In this document: one piece after another, positions 30,449 through 44,886 of the stretch | How positions within the stretch are numbered: position 1 is the stretch's first letter | Layout of the letters: every line of letters begins with the position of its first letter | Assembly: GCA_963841435.1 (NCBI GenBank) | Contig: CAWJCS010000003.1 | Span: forward strand, 64,001 to 128,000 | Length of the DNA: 64,000 bases | Reading direction: 5' to 3' | DNA from: an uncultured delta proteobacterium | GTDB lineage: Bacteria > Myxococcota_A > Polyangia > Polyangiales > Polyangiaceae | The notes under the pieces: model-generated | What the model was told of the DNA's origin: nothing | Databases searched by the model: none | Seen by the model: the letters and a program-made list of their open reading frames with translations, nothing else | Position numbers and translations under genes: made by a program

Positions 30449-33153
30449 CAGATCTCGAGCCTCAGGCCCAGGCTGGGAATGATCGGAATCCCCGTCTGGT
30501 AGGTGGTCTTACTGTAGTCGAAGTTCGCCAGTACGGCTTCGACCGCGGCGTTGTTGTAGACGTTCTGAACGTCGAGGTAGGTCGAAAGGCGGGCGCCCTT
30601 GAGCTGCCAGCGCTTGTCGATGCGGATGTCGAGCTGGTGAAAGAGCGGCAGGCGGCGGCTGAACGGCTTGCCCTGGAGCGGCGTGTAGGCACCCGCGTCG
30701 GCGGCATAAAGGGCCGGCAGCGAGGGATACCTTTGCGTGGGCGTGTCGAGATTGCCCGAGACCAGGCGGAAGCGCGCGCCGAACTCCCAGCCTCGCCCAA
30801 GGCGATAGCTGCCGAGCACCGTCAGGTTGTGCGTCTGATCGTACTGGAACAGGTGCTCGGGCTCGCCCGGCAGATCGCGCCGCACGCTTCGCGAAAGGGT
30901 ATAGGCAAGCCAGCCGAAGAAACGCTCGTCGGGCTTGTACTTGAGCAGCGTCTCGGCGCCGACAGCGTAACCTTCGCCGAGGTTGTTGTACGTGTAGTTG
31001 CCGCTCGCGTCGGGCGCGCGCGAGACTTGTTTGTCGAGGTTCTTGTAAAACCCTTCCACGCTGAGATCGACCTGTTTGGTGAGCTCTTGCTCGGCGCCGA
31101 GCGTGTAATGCGTCGAGCGGTTCGAGTAGAGATTCGGCGTCCCGAACACCTCGTCCGTTTCCTGAAACTGAGGTGGCTGGTAGAAGACGCCGACGCCGCC
31201 CTTGATCGTGGTGCGCCGCTGCGACGGAGCCTCGGCCGGGTGCCCCTTGAAGAGGTCGAAGCGTGCGGTGATGCGCGGCGCGAAGTCGGCGTGGCTCGTG
31301 TCGCGCGCGTAGTCGACGCGCGCGCCGGGCACGACGCGCAGCCGGTCGGTCGGCTCGAGCTCGGCCTCGCCGTACCAGCCGGGACGAAACCCAAATCCCT
31401 TGTTGTGGACCTCGAGGGGCGGACGCGTCGCGAAGGGTCCCGTGGCCGGCTCTCCGGGACGTGGCGGCGGCGGCAAGCGCACGTTGACGTCGAAATCCGC
31501 CATCTCGAAATCGAGGCCGGTGTTGAGCTTCACTCCCTTGACCGGGCGGAACGCGAGCTCGTAACGCGTCGTGATGGGGATGAGGCGAAGATCGAAGAAG
31601 AAGGTGCCGAGGCGGAAGTTTGCCGCGTCCTTCCCGACGGCCATCTCGGCCGACAGCGAGACGTGACGCGTGAGGTCAACGTCGTAGAGCACCTGGGCGC
31701 GGTAGAAAGCGGTGCCGAAACGCAGGTTGCCGCCGAACGCGGGATCTTGGGCCGCCGGATCGCTGATGAGAAGCTCGATGCGATCGTCGGAACCGTAGAA
31801 GCGCACCGAAGCGCGGCTGTGCTCGGTCTTCTTGTCGGCGATGAGCTGGTAGTCGTAGTAGACGGGCGCCGTGGTGACACCGGCGCCGGCCGCCTCGAGG
31901 ACGGGCTTGAGCCAGACGTCGATCCAGGAGCGCCGGCCGCCCGCCGCGAACGTCCAGCCATCGATCGGCAGCGGGCCCTGCACCAGCACCCGCCCATCGA
32001 TGAGGTCAACCTGCGCGAGGGCGTGCACGCAGTCCTTTCTCGTCGGGTCGAGCTTGCCGTCGACGGTGAGGCAACGCGTGTCGGGGGAGCGCAGCGCGAC
32101 GTCGACGATGCCGGCGCCGGCACGACCGTAGCGGGCGCTGAAGTTGCCGGGGAAGAAGTCGATGCGTTCGAGCAGCTCGGTGGGGACGACGCTCGTGAGA
32201 CCGCCGAAGTGGTAAATGAGCGGCACGCTCGCGCCGTCGATGAACTGCAGCGTGTCCTCGGGGGCGGAGCCGCGCACGATGAGCAGGCCGGCGAGACCCG
32301 GCGGGCGCGCGACACCGGGCAGGCTCTGGATGGAGCGCAGCGCGTCGCCACCGGTGCCGGGAATGCGCTCGATCTCGCGGCGTTCGACGGTGCGACGCGT
32401 GACCTCGCGCGGCGGTCGCTCCCCGCGCACGACGACCTCGACCTCGCTGGAGGACGGCGTGAGCCGCAGCGTGACGTCGGTTTCTTCGCCGACGACAACG
32501 TCCTCGGTCGAATCGAGACTATCGAACCCCACGAGGCTCACCTTGACCTGGTACTTACCGGGCGGAACGCCGTCGGCGCGCCAGCGTCCCGCGGCGTCCG
32601 TCGTCAGTCGCACCTCCTTCTGGTCGGGCCCCACGAGCACAACGTCGGCGCCTGCCATCGGCTGATCGGTGTCAGCGAGACGCACGAGCCCCGTCAGATT
32701 GCCCGTGGTGGGCGCGGGCGGCGCGGCCTTCTCCACTTTCTGCAACGTGAATTTGTATAGGTAGCCAATCTTCACGGGGATCGGCTTGCCGTCGCGCGTT
32801 GCGGGCGAGAAGACGAACTTGAGCGCTGCCGCCTGCGCCGCCTCGTCGAAACCATGCCCCGCGGGCGTGACAACGTCGGCCGCCGTGACGTGCCCCTCGC
32901 GATCGACGGTGAGCGCGAGCTCGACGTTGGCCTCGAGGTCGAGCTCGAGCGCCTCCTTCGGATACGGCGCGCTGACGAACTGCAAGAGCTCCGGAGGCTT
33001 GACGACGGGCTTCGGCGAGCTCGCGGGCGCTTCCTCGCGCACGGCGCCCGTCTCCCCTCTGGGTATCGCGCTCCCGCCGTCCTGCGCGAGCGAGGGGCTC
33101 GCAACGAGCAGCGCGAGGGCCGCGCCGAGTGCACGTGTCGCGCGCGGGGCCAT
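30448..33153 (-). CDS. TonB-dependent receptor with N-terminal TonB C-terminal-like domain
   Basis: Signal peptide; YPKEA...VEL.LTVD..G.V...GFDEAA..AA.KF.F.PA (TonB_C); CarboxypepD-like; plug LPGV...VRGS..D...IDG...GNFSARYG; barrel ending LDVQNVYN...PSLGLRLEI. Confidence 0.92.
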   Translation of the reverse strand: MAPRATRALGAALALLVASPSLAQDGGSAIPRGETGAVREEAPASSPKPVVKPPELLQFVSAPYPKEALELDLEANVELALTVDREGHVTAADVVTPAGHGFDEAAQAAALKFVFSPATRDGKPIPVKIGYLYKFTLQKVEKAAPPAPTTGNLTGLVRLADTDQPMAGADVVLVGPDQKEVRLTTDAAGRWRADGVPPGKYQVKVSLVGFDSLDSTEDVVVGEETDVTLRLTPSSSEVEVVVRGERPPREVTRRTVERREIERIPGTGGDALRSIQSLPGVARPPGLAGLLIVRGSAPEDTLQFIDGASVPLIYHFGGLTSVVPTELLERIDFFPGNFSARYGRAGAGIVDVALRSPDTRCLTVDGKLDPTRKDCVHALAQVDLIDGRVLVQGPLPIDGWTFAAGGRRSWIDVWLKPVLEAAGAGVTTAPVYYDYQLIADKKTEHSRASVRFYGSDDRIELLISDPAAQDPAFGGNLRFGTAFYRAQVLYDVDLTRHVSLSAEMAVGKDAANFRLGTFFFDLRLIPITTRYELAFRPVKGVKLNTGLDFEMADFDVNVRLPPPPRPGEPATGPFATRPPLEVHNKGFGFRPGWYGEAELEPTDRLRVVPGARVDYARDTSHADFAPRITARFDLFKGHPAEAPSQRRTTIKGGVGVFYQPPQFQETDEVFGTPNLYSNRSTHYTLGAEQELTKQVDLSVEGFYKNLDKQVSRAPDASGNYTYNNLGEGYAVGAETLLKYKPDERFFGWLAYTLSRSVRRDLPGEPEHLFQYDQTHNLTVLGSYRLGRGWEFGARFRLVSGNLDTPTQRYPSLPALYAADAGAYTPLQGKPFSRRLPLFHQLDIRIDKRWQLKGARLSTYLDVQNVYNNAAVEAVLANFDYSKTTYQTGIPIIPSLGLRLEI

Positions 33154-33323
33154 GTGCACGCTCCCGTTTAGTGCGTACGCGCGCCATCCACAAGGGGGGG
33201 GACGGCCCGGTGCGCAGGACGGTGCCCGCCCGCGCGCCTCACGGCGCGCTCGGTGCTCTTCGGACGACGAGCCGGGGTGCTTTTCGAGCGCTCGATGTGC
33301 CGCCGCGCGGCTATCTTCCGCCC

Positions 33324-34091
33324 GTGAAGGTCGCCACCTGGAACGTGAACGGGATCCGCGCCCGCATCGACGCCGTCGCCGGCTGGCTCGAGGCCCACGA
33401 GCCCGACGTGCTCGCGATGCAAGAAACGAAAGTGGAGGACGACGAGTTCCCGTTCGAAGAGTTCACGCGCCTCGGGTACCAGGTCGCGCTGGCAGGGCAG
33501 CCGGCGTACAACGGGGTTGCCATCGTCGCGCGCGCGCCGCTCGGGGACGTCAAAGTGGGCCTCTTCGACGACGCACCCGACGCCGAGCGACGCCTGATCG
33601 CGGCGACCGTCTCCGGGGTCCGCGTGATGTCGGTCTACGTCCCGAACGGCAAGAGCGTCGAGCTGCCGAGCTTCCCCGAAAAGCTGCGTTTCCTCGAGCG
33701 ACTGCGCATGACGCTCAACGTCTCGGCGCGCCCCGACCAGAGCCTGGTCTTGTGCGGCGACTTCAACGTCGCGCGCGACGCACGCGACGTGTTCGACCCC
33801 GCAGCAATGGCGGGGCACCTGCATTTTCATCCCGAGGAGCACCGCGCGCTCGACCGCGTGCTCGGCTTCGGCCTGTTCGACGCGTACCGGGAGCTCCATG
33901 CCGAGAGCGGCCGCTACTCGTGGTGGGACTACCGTGGGGGTGATTTCCGCAACAACCGCGGACTTCGCATCGATTACCTGTTCATCACTGCGCCCCTGCG
34001 CGCCCGGCTGCTCGGCGCCGTCATCGACGCCGAGCCCCGGCGCCAACCGAAGCCCTCCGACCATGCACCGGTCGTCATCGAGCTCTCCTGA
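33324..34091 (+). CDS. xthA: Exodeoxyribonuclease III
   Basis: ATWNVNGIRAR, MQETK, YNGVAI, YVPNG, CGDFN, YSWWDYR, GLRID, SDHAP. Confidence 0.95.
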   Translation: MKVATWNVNGIRARIDAVAGWLEAHEPDVLAMQETKVEDDEFPFEEFTRLGYQVALAGQPAYNGVAIVARAPLGDVKVGLFDDAPDAERRLIAATVSGVRVMSVYVPNGKSVELPSFPEKLRFLERLRMTLNVSARPDQSLVLCGDFNVARDARDVFDPAAMAGHLHFHPEEHRALDRVLGFGLFDAYRELHAESGRYSWWDYRGGDFRNNRGLRIDYLFITAPLRARLLGAVIDAEPRRQPKPSDHAPVVIELS

Positions 34092-34161
34092 GGGGACCCG
34101 TCCACCGCCTGCGACGAAACGGGCGACGTGAGCGGGGCGTCAACCTAGAATCTGCTGCGCC

Positions 34162-35094
34162 ATGGGCACCGAGACTCAAGAGCTCGTCGTCTTCCAGGCG
34201 GTGGTCAAGCACGCAAGCTACGCGAAGGCCGCCGACGAGCTCGGCCTCAGCCCGTCGGGTGTGAGCCGCATCGTCACGCGCCTCGAAGAGCGACTCGGAG
34301 TCCGGCTCGTGCAAAGGACGACGCGCAAACTGTCGCTCACCGAGGCAGGCACGACGTTTCACGGTCGCATCAGCCAAATCCTGCTCGACCTCGCGGATGC
34401 CGAGGCCGAAGTGCAAAAGACGTTGCGGAGCCCGCGCGGGACCGTCCGGATCAGCGCGTCCGTCGTGTTCGGCCACCTGTACGCCGCGCCGCTACTCGGC
34501 GAGCTCTTGGCCAGGTTTCCCGAGCTCGGCGTCGAGCTGATTCTCACGAACCGCTTCGTCGATCTCATCGAGGAAGGCATGGACCTCGCGATCCGCATCG
34601 GGTCGCTGACGGACTCGCGGCTCATCGCGCGGCGGCTTTGCACCAACAAGCGCGTGCTCGTTGCCTCACCGCGCTACCTCGAGCAACGCGGCGTGCCGAA
34701 AAGCCCAGCCGACCTCAAGGATCACGAGTGCGTGCTCTTCACCGGTTTCGCAAAGTCCCGCGAATGGCGGCTGAACGGACCGGACGGCCCCGTGACGGCC
34801 GCGGTCTCGGGCCGGCTCGCGACCAACAACATCGAGGTGCTCACGTCGGCCGCGAAGCAGGGTTTCGGCATCACGGTGGGGGCGACGCTCTCGGTCGGTC
34901 CTGCCCTGATTTCCGGCGAGCTCGTGCGCGTGCTCAGCGACTACGAGTTCGAGCCCACGGCGGTGTTCGCCGTGTATCCGTCGGCGCGACAGCTCTCGAG
35001 CAAGGTGCGCGCGACCGTCGATTACCTCGTCGAGAAGCTCGAGGATCCTCCGAGCTGGGATCGCGCGCTCGCAGGGCGCGTCCCAGGCTTCTGA
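34162..35094 (+). CDS. LysR family regulator (CrgA-like)
   Basis: SYAKAADELGLSPS.VSR.V..LE..LGVRL..RTTRKLSLTEAG; VDLIEEG.DLAIRIG. Confidence 0.95.
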   Translation: MGTETQELVVFQAVVKHASYAKAADELGLSPSGVSRIVTRLEERLGVRLVQRTTRKLSLTEAGTTFHGRISQILLDLADAEAEVQKTLRSPRGTVRISASVVFGHLYAAPLLGELLARFPELGVELILTNRFVDLIEEGMDLAIRIGSLTDSRLIARRLCTNKRVLVASPRYLEQRGVPKSPADLKDHECVLFTGFAKSREWRLNGPDGPVTAAVSGRLATNNIEVLTSAAKQGFGITVGATLSVGPALISGELVRVLSDYEFEPTAVFAVYPSARQLSSKVRATVDYLVEKLEDPPSWDRALAGRVPGF

Positions 35095-35140
35095 CGGCGG
35101 CGGCACGTTCGCGCGGGCCGACCACGTCGCCGAGCACGAG

Positions 35141-36236
35141 CTACGGAAGGCCGACCCCTTTCGAACATGCGCGCCGCGCGCAAATCGACACGCCCGCGCT
35201 CGAGCCACGCCTCGAGCTTCGGCTGCTCCGCGAGCGCCCTTGCGACTTCGAGGTACGCCGGCAGGTAGACGATTTCGCGCGCCAACCCTCCGCCGCGATG
35301 CACGCGGATCGCGATGTCGACCGCCTGTTCGAGCGGCGCGCCGAGCTCCACGAGGCGCCGCGCCGTTTCCTCGGGCAAAGCGCCGTCGCGCGCGGCGAGG
35401 GCCGCACGGTGGCGGAGGGCGAGCTCACGCGCGCGCTCGGCGTCGAGCAAACCGAGTCGCGCCTCGACGAGCAGCGCCCGCCCTTCCTCGTGCTCGGCCG
35501 CCCCCGCGGTGCCGGCGCGGAACACCGGTGACGACGCGTGCAGCGCGCGAGCGCGGGGCAGCGCGTGGCCGTGGAGCTCGTGTGCCGCAATGCGCTCCGA
35601 CGCCGCGGCCGACAAGCGCACGCGGGGCCGAACCGCAACGAGGCCCTCGCCGGTCGCCGCGACGGCGAGCTGCTCCGGCCGGACCTCGATGCGCAGCCTG
35701 AGCCCGAGCTCGAGCGAGCGCCGGCGCAAGAGCGAGCACAGACTCTTCGGGTCACCGAGATCGTCGGTGGTGTGCTCGCGCGCCGCGACGGGCGCCGGGT
35801 CGGCGAGCGCACGGTCGACCAGGGCGAGCACGTCGTGCGCGAGCCGTCCGCCCGGCGCGGGAAAGCGACGCGCCGCGAGCGCGCGAGCGTCGCTCGTGAA
35901 CAGCGCTTCGGAGAGGGCCGCCTCGAGCTCGAGCTCCCTCGCGCGCTCCGCGACCAATGTCGCAACCGGGTCCCGGCCGGAAAGCTCGCCCGCGAGGCGC
36001 TCGAGCGCACGACGCAAGGCGGAAAGATCCAAGCGCGGCACCTGCCTCTGGGAAGGACGCGCGCGCTCGCGCCGCTGAACGGCCTTGGCGAGGCTCGCCC
36101 GCTCGAGAGCCGGATCCTTCGGTGTGGCTCTCGGAAACAGCGAGATCCGGTGCTCGGCTCGGCGCAGCGTGTCGCACGCCGCCGCGAGTGCGAGCTGGGA
36201 GCCTTCGAGGGGCTGGGAGGACGGATGGTGCGCCAC
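35141..36236 (-). CDS. DUF1704/QEGLA-type metallopeptidase (tyrosine carboxypeptidase/MATCAP-like); probable frameshift near 35160
   Basis: AHELHGH (HExxxH), EEGRA, RVHRGGG..RE.VYL..Y. Removing one A gives FEGVGLP-stop at 35141. Confidence 0.72.
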
Positions 36237-36291
36237 CGGGGGAGCGAGGATAGCGGCTTGCGGCCCGATTGGAGGCCTGTATCTTGCCCGG

Positions 36292-39954
<3,663 letters not shown>

Positions 39955-40022
39955 AACCGTGCGCCGCCGGATCGGTTTATGACCGACGAGCGCGCCGGTA
40001 CGCTACGTTAACTGTTGTCGTG

Positions 40023-41388
40023 GTGCGTGAGTCTGGTTCGGCCGAGCGCTCCTGGGCGCGGGTGGCTCTGCTGCTCGGGGTCCTCGGCTGGGCGTCGTGC
40101 TCCGTGTACGACGTGAGCCTACTCAACAGTGCGAGCGCGGGGACGGCCGGCACCACCGCAACCGGCGGCTCCGGCGACGGCGGCAGCGGCGGCTCGAGGC
40201 GGGTCGAGCGGCGGCAGCGGTGGGAGCGAAGCAGGAGGCGGCGGCTCGAGCGGGTCCGGCGGCTCGACGGGCGGCTCGAGCAGCGGCAGCGGCGGCTCGA
40301 CGGGCGGGTCGAGCAGCGGCAGCGGCGGCTCGAGCGGGTCCGGCGGCTCGACGGGCGGCTCGTCGTCCGGCGGATTGGCCGGTTCGTCGGGCAAGGGCGG
40401 CACCGGCGGCGCGGCCGCGGGCAGCGGCGGCGCGAGCGGCACGAGTGGGATCGCGGGCGAGGCTGGCGCGCCCGATTGCATGACGACGGGCGACTGTTGC
40501 CCGATGGACGACCAGAAGACCGACCCTGGTCAATGCGGGTGCGGCATGCCCGACACCGACACGGATTCGGACGGCACAGCGGACTGCCTCGACGAGTGCC
40601 CCGACGACGACCAGAAGATCGCGGCCGGTGCGTGCGGCTGCGGCGTCGCGGGCGACGATGCCGACTGTCAGGAGCTGGCGGACGCCCTGGTTCATCGATA
40701 CCAGTTCAGCGGCACGGGCACGGCCGTCACGGATTCGAAAGGCACGGCAAACGGCACGGCGCGCGGGACCGGCGCGAGCCTGAGCGGCGGCAAGCTCAAG
40801 CTCGCGGGCGGCGTGGCCCCGGCAAACGACACGAACAAGCAATACGTCGAGCTTCCCACCAACTGCCTCGCCGGGCTCGACGACGCGACGTTCGAGACCT
40901 GGCTCAACTGGTTGACCACCTGTAGCCCCACGCCCTGCACCGATTCGCTGAACTGGCAACGCATCTTCGATTTCGGCGAGACCTCGACGACCACCACCGG
41001 CTCGTACCTCTTTCTCACGACCCGAACGAGCACGACGGGCTTCCTGCGTGGCGCGTCGAGCACGATGGGCGCGAGCAACGAGGTCGGCACGGGCTTCGTC
41101 GTCGACGGAGGCGCGTTGACGGCCGGTAGCCACCAGTTCGTCCTCGTCGTGGACCACACGGGCGGCGAGGCGCTCCTCTACATGGACGGCGCGGTCGTCA
41201 ACAACGGTACCTACGCCGGCTCGCTCTCCGCGGTCGTCGCGACGAACTGCTGGCTCGGTCGCTCGCAGTACGCCTCCGATCCGTACCTCAACGGCACCTT
41301 CGACGAGTTTCGCATCTACGACGCCGCGCTCGGCGCGAGCGCCATCGCGCAAAGCTTTGCCTCGGGCCCCGACGCGACGTTCTTCTAG
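40023..41388 (+). CDS. Lipoprotein with Gly/Ser linker, Cys/Asp-rich (TSP3-like) repeats and LamG-like domain; frameshift near 40195
   Basis: LLGVLGWASC; (GGSTGGSSSGS)n; DTDSDGTADCLDECP, CGCG; HRYQF, WQRIFDFG, LYMDG, WLGRSQY..DP.LNG..DEFRIY. Confidence 0.82.
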
Positions 41389-41676
41389 CGTGCCGAGTCG
41401 CGGACCGAGCGCACCAGGCCGACGACCGCGTGCCGACGCAGCTCAGCACGTAGGCCGGCTCAGCACATTCTCGAGCCGCACGCCCAACGAAAAGACCGCC
41501 TCGACATCAGCCGCTGAGCACGCGCCCAGGGCGCCAGCGATCTCGACGGCGGCGCAAGCCTCACAGCCTTCCGCCAGCGCAACGGCGTGAGCCCGACCCT
41601 TCTCCGCGAGCGTCTGCCGCGACCCGCCCCGCCCCCGAACAGTCGCTCCCGGCTCCCGCTCCCGCTCGCAGCACTG

Positions 41677-44670
41677 CTACGGCAGCGCAACATCCACGGA
41701 GGTGCCGTCGTAGGGGACGGTCTTGTCGGCAGTCGGCGCGAAGGAAAAGCCGACGGCCTTACCGCTCTTGACCAGAACGACCTCGAAGGTGCGGCTCTGC
41801 AGCATGCCCGTGAACGTACCCTCGCGCGCGCCGATCGTGAGGGTGCTCGTGGCATCGTTCCAGGTGAGCGGGATGCGAGTGTAGGCGCCGGTTTCGTAGC
41901 CGTAGCTCGTCCCGTCGTCCTCGTAGAGCTCGAAGCTGCCGTCCGCACCGGCGTAAACGAAGAGCGTCAGCGGATCGGCGGGCTTCTCGGACACGTACAT
42001 GAGCTCGGGGCCGAAGGGGACGATGGACCCCGCGCGCACGTGCACGGGGATGGCGTCGAGCGGTGCCGAAACCATCTGCGCCCCGCCGCCCGCGACGGCG
42101 GAGCCGCTCCAGAAATCGTACCAGCCGCCCGCGGTCGGCGGCAGGTACACCGAGCGGCTCGTGGCCTGGTACGCCGTGACGGGGCTCACGAGCAGCGCCG
42201 GCCCGAACATGAACTCGTCCTTCACGTCGAGCGAACCGGGGTCGGTGCGAAAATCCATGACGAGCGGCCTGAGCATCGTGCCGTCGCGCAGCGTGACGGC
42301 GCCCGCGAGCGAGTACACGTACGGCAGCATCCGGTAGCGCAGCCGGTCGAACTTGAGCATCGCCAGGTACGCGCTGCTCGACTCGCCGCCGAACTGCCAC
42401 ATCTCGCGCACGGGTGCCTGACCGTGGACGCGAAGCAGCGGCAAGAAGGTGGCGTACTCGAACCAGCGAGTGTTGAGCTCACGCCACTCGGCCGCGTTCT
42501 GTCCGTTCGAGAACTGGGGCGGCACGGCGAAGCCACCGGCGTCGACCGTCCAGTACGGAATGCCCGAGAGCGAGAAGCCGAGCCCGCCGGGGATCTGCCT
42601 CTTGAACGCCGACCAGGTGGAGCTGATGTCACCGGACCAGGTGGCCGAGGCGTAGCGCTGCTGCCCTGCGAAGGCCGAGCGCGTGAGGATGAACACGCGC
42701 TGGTCGGGTGCGGCGGCGCGCTGGCCTTCGTAGATGCCCTGGCTGTTGACGAGCGAGTAGGCGTTGAGCATGCGGGAGCCCGAGCCGAGCGCCGTCGGGT
42801 GCATGTGCGTCTGGTAGAGCATGCGCCCTTCCGCGAGGCTCGTGTACGGACCTTCGACGACCTCGGGCTCGGTGGCGTCGAGCCACCACGCGTTGACGCC
42901 GAGGCTGAACAGGCGCTGGTTGATCTGCTCCCAGTACATGGCGCGCGCACCCGCGTCGAACGCGTCGTAGAACGCGAAGGGCTGGTCGAGAAAATCGAGC
43001 ACGCCCTGCTCGTAGGGGTACATGAAGCCCGCCTGCTGGAGGCTCTGGTAGTTCGTGGTGTTCGTGTAGAACTTCGGCCAGACCGACAGCATGAATTTGA
43101 CGTGCATGTCGTCATGCAGTGTCTTGATCATCCCGGCGGGGTCGGGGAAGCGCGAGGTGTCGAACTGGTGCGAGCCCCATTGACCGTCGGGCCAGTACTG
43201 CCAATCCTGCACGATCGTATCGAGCGGGATGTTGCGCGTGCGGTACCCGTCGACCGCCGCCGTGATGTCCGCGGCCGACGTGTAGTGCTCCCTGCTCTGG
43301 AACAGCCCGAACGTCCACTTGGGCATCAGCGTCGCCTGCCCGGAAACGTGCCGGTAGCCCGCCATCACGCGATCGAGGTCCGGCCCGTACATGAAGTAGT
43401 AGTCGATGCCGTCGCCGACCTCCGACCAGAGCGAGGTCGCCGACGGTGACGCGAGCGGAGGCTTCCAGGAGAAGCCGAGCGTGTTGACGCCGATGTCCGC
43501 CGTCCACTCGAGCCGCACGCTGACGGCCTGCCCCGCCGTCAGCGGCACGCGCGCTATGTCGTCGTCGGGCAGCCAGCCTTGGCGCCAGTGGTCGATCACG
43601 ACGGTGCCGCCCACCGTGAGCTTCACGTTGCCCGACGCGAACACCTTGAACAGGTAGTCGCCCGTCACGTTCGGCGTGACCTGTTGCGTGGCGTTGACGC
43701 TGCCGGTCGTCGTGCCGTTGACGTTGTCGGAGGAGTCGTAGGAAAAGCCGGGCACGCGCTCGTAGCTTCTGAGATCGCCGAAACGCGTGTACGACGTGTT
43801 GTCCCAGAGCACGCCGTAGCCGCGGCTCGAAACGAGCGTCGGGACGACGGCGTTGGTGTTGTACTGGGAAAGCTCGAGGTCGTAGCCTTTGATGTCGAGC
43901 GCCCCGAGCTGGTAGTTGCCGAGACCGTAGAGCGCCTCGCCTTCGTTTTGCTCCCACTCCTGGCGCACGTGATAGGTGCTGTCGCCCTGCACGGTCGCGC
44001 TTTCGAGCGTGCGGCCGCTCCCCAGCTTTTCGGCGACGATGAGATTGCCCTGGCGGTCGTAAAACGAAATGCGACCCGTCGCGTCGTCGACGCGCAACTC
44101 GACGCGCGTCGTCCTCAGCGTGGTCGTCGTACCGTCGGAGACGACCTCCCAGGGCGTCATCGGGTTGCAGCTTCGCGCGCCCGCCACCAGGCTCTTTCGC
44201 GCGAAGAACGCGGGGTCCTTCGCGAACGCGACGCGAATCACGTCCTCGAGGCACACCTCGAGCTGGAGCGTCCCGTCGCCGACCGTGATGGGCGGCACGT
44301 CGCCCATCATCGCCATGCCGCCTAGACCGGCGTCGGCGCCACTCCCCGCGTCGCCCCCCATGCCGCCCGGTGCTCCTCCGAGGCCCGCGCCTGCGCCCGT
44401 TCCGGCGCTGCCGGCCGCCAGCCCGCCGGCACCGGCGCCGTCACTGCCCGCGCTGGCGCCGCCGCTCGCCGACTGACCACCCGTTGCGCCCGACGCGCCC
44501 GACCCGCCCGAACCGCCCGACGCGCCGCCCGATGACATGCCGGCGCTCGCGCCGGTCGCTCCGCCGGCGCCGGGCGTCGTGTTCCCGCCGTTCTTGTTTC
44601 CGCATGCCACCGCGAACAAAGCGGCGGCGACCATCTGAGCAGCAAAGCAAATTCTGGACACGCGAAGCAC
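41677..44670 (-). CDS. GH31 glycoside hydrolase (alpha-xylosidase-like) lipoprotein with PA14-like insert
   Basis: LFAVAC lipobox, Gly-rich linker, IVQDWQYW, WWLDATEPE (nucleophile), WSGD, YWTVDAGGF, LRVHG, LYEDDG. Start uncertain (44739/44670). Confidence 0.92.
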   Translation of the reverse strand: MLRVSRICFAAQMVAAALFAVACGNKNGGNTTPGAGGATGASAGMSSGGASGGSGGSGASGATGGQSASGGASAGSDGAGAGGLAAGSAGTGAGAGLGGAPGGMGGDAGSGADAGLGGMAMMGDVPPITVGDGTLQLEVCLEDVIRVAFAKDPAFFARKSLVAGARSCNPMTPWEVVSDGTTTTLRTTRVELRVDDATGRISFYDRQGNLIVAEKLGSGRTLESATVQGDSTYHVRQEWEQNEGEALYGLGNYQLGALDIKGYDLELSQYNTNAVVPTLVSSRGYGVLWDNTSYTRFGDLRSYERVPGFSYDSSDNVNGTTTGSVNATQQVTPNVTGDYLFKVFASGNVKLTVGGTVVIDHWRQGWLPDDDIARVPLTAGQAVSVRLEWTADIGVNTLGFSWKPPLASPSATSLWSEVGDGIDYYFMYGPDLDRVMAGYRHVSGQATLMPKWTFGLFQSREHYTSAADITAAVDGYRTRNIPLDTIVQDWQYWPDGQWGSHQFDTSRFPDPAGMIKTLHDDMHVKFMLSVWPKFYTNTTNYQSLQQAGFMYPYEQGVLDFLDQPFAFYDAFDAGARAMYWEQINQRLFSLGVNAWWLDATEPEVVEGPYTSLAEGRMLYQTHMHPTALGSGSRMLNAYSLVNSQGIYEGQRAAAPDQRVFILTRSAFAGQQRYASATWSGDISSTWSAFKRQIPGGLGFSLSGIPYWTVDAGGFAVPPQFSNGQNAAEWRELNTRWFEYATFLPLLRVHGQAPVREMWQFGGESSSAYLAMLKFDRLRYRMLPYVYSLAGAVTLRDGTMLRPLVMDFRTDPGSLDVKDEFMFGPALLVSPVTAYQATSRSVYLPPTAGGWYDFWSGSAVAGGGAQMVSAPLDAIPVHVRAGSIVPFGPELMYVSEKPADPLTLFVYAGADGSFELYEDDGTSYGYETGAYTRIPLTWNDATSTLTIGAREGTFTGMLQSRTFEVVLVKSGKAVGFSFAPTADKTVPYDGTSVDVALP

Positions 44671-44886
44671 GATATTTAGGACGTTCGAACGCGGCGAGAG
44701 CGAGCACCTGAAAGCAGTAATGCATTGCCACCGATTCACGGCGGCCGCGGCGTTTCCTGCGCTCCTTGCGATTTTCGCGTGTGAGCAGAAGCCGAGCGCG
44801 CCCTATTGGCGCGGCCAAGCCCCGTCTGTCACTGGGCCGCGGTCCGGGGCGCTCGAGCGGGGTCGCCCGCCCTTGCGGCCCGCGGT

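Noticed and set aside
40200-40440. Repetitive DNA element
   Set aside because: Simply encodes the Gly/Ser linker of the LamG lipoprotein.
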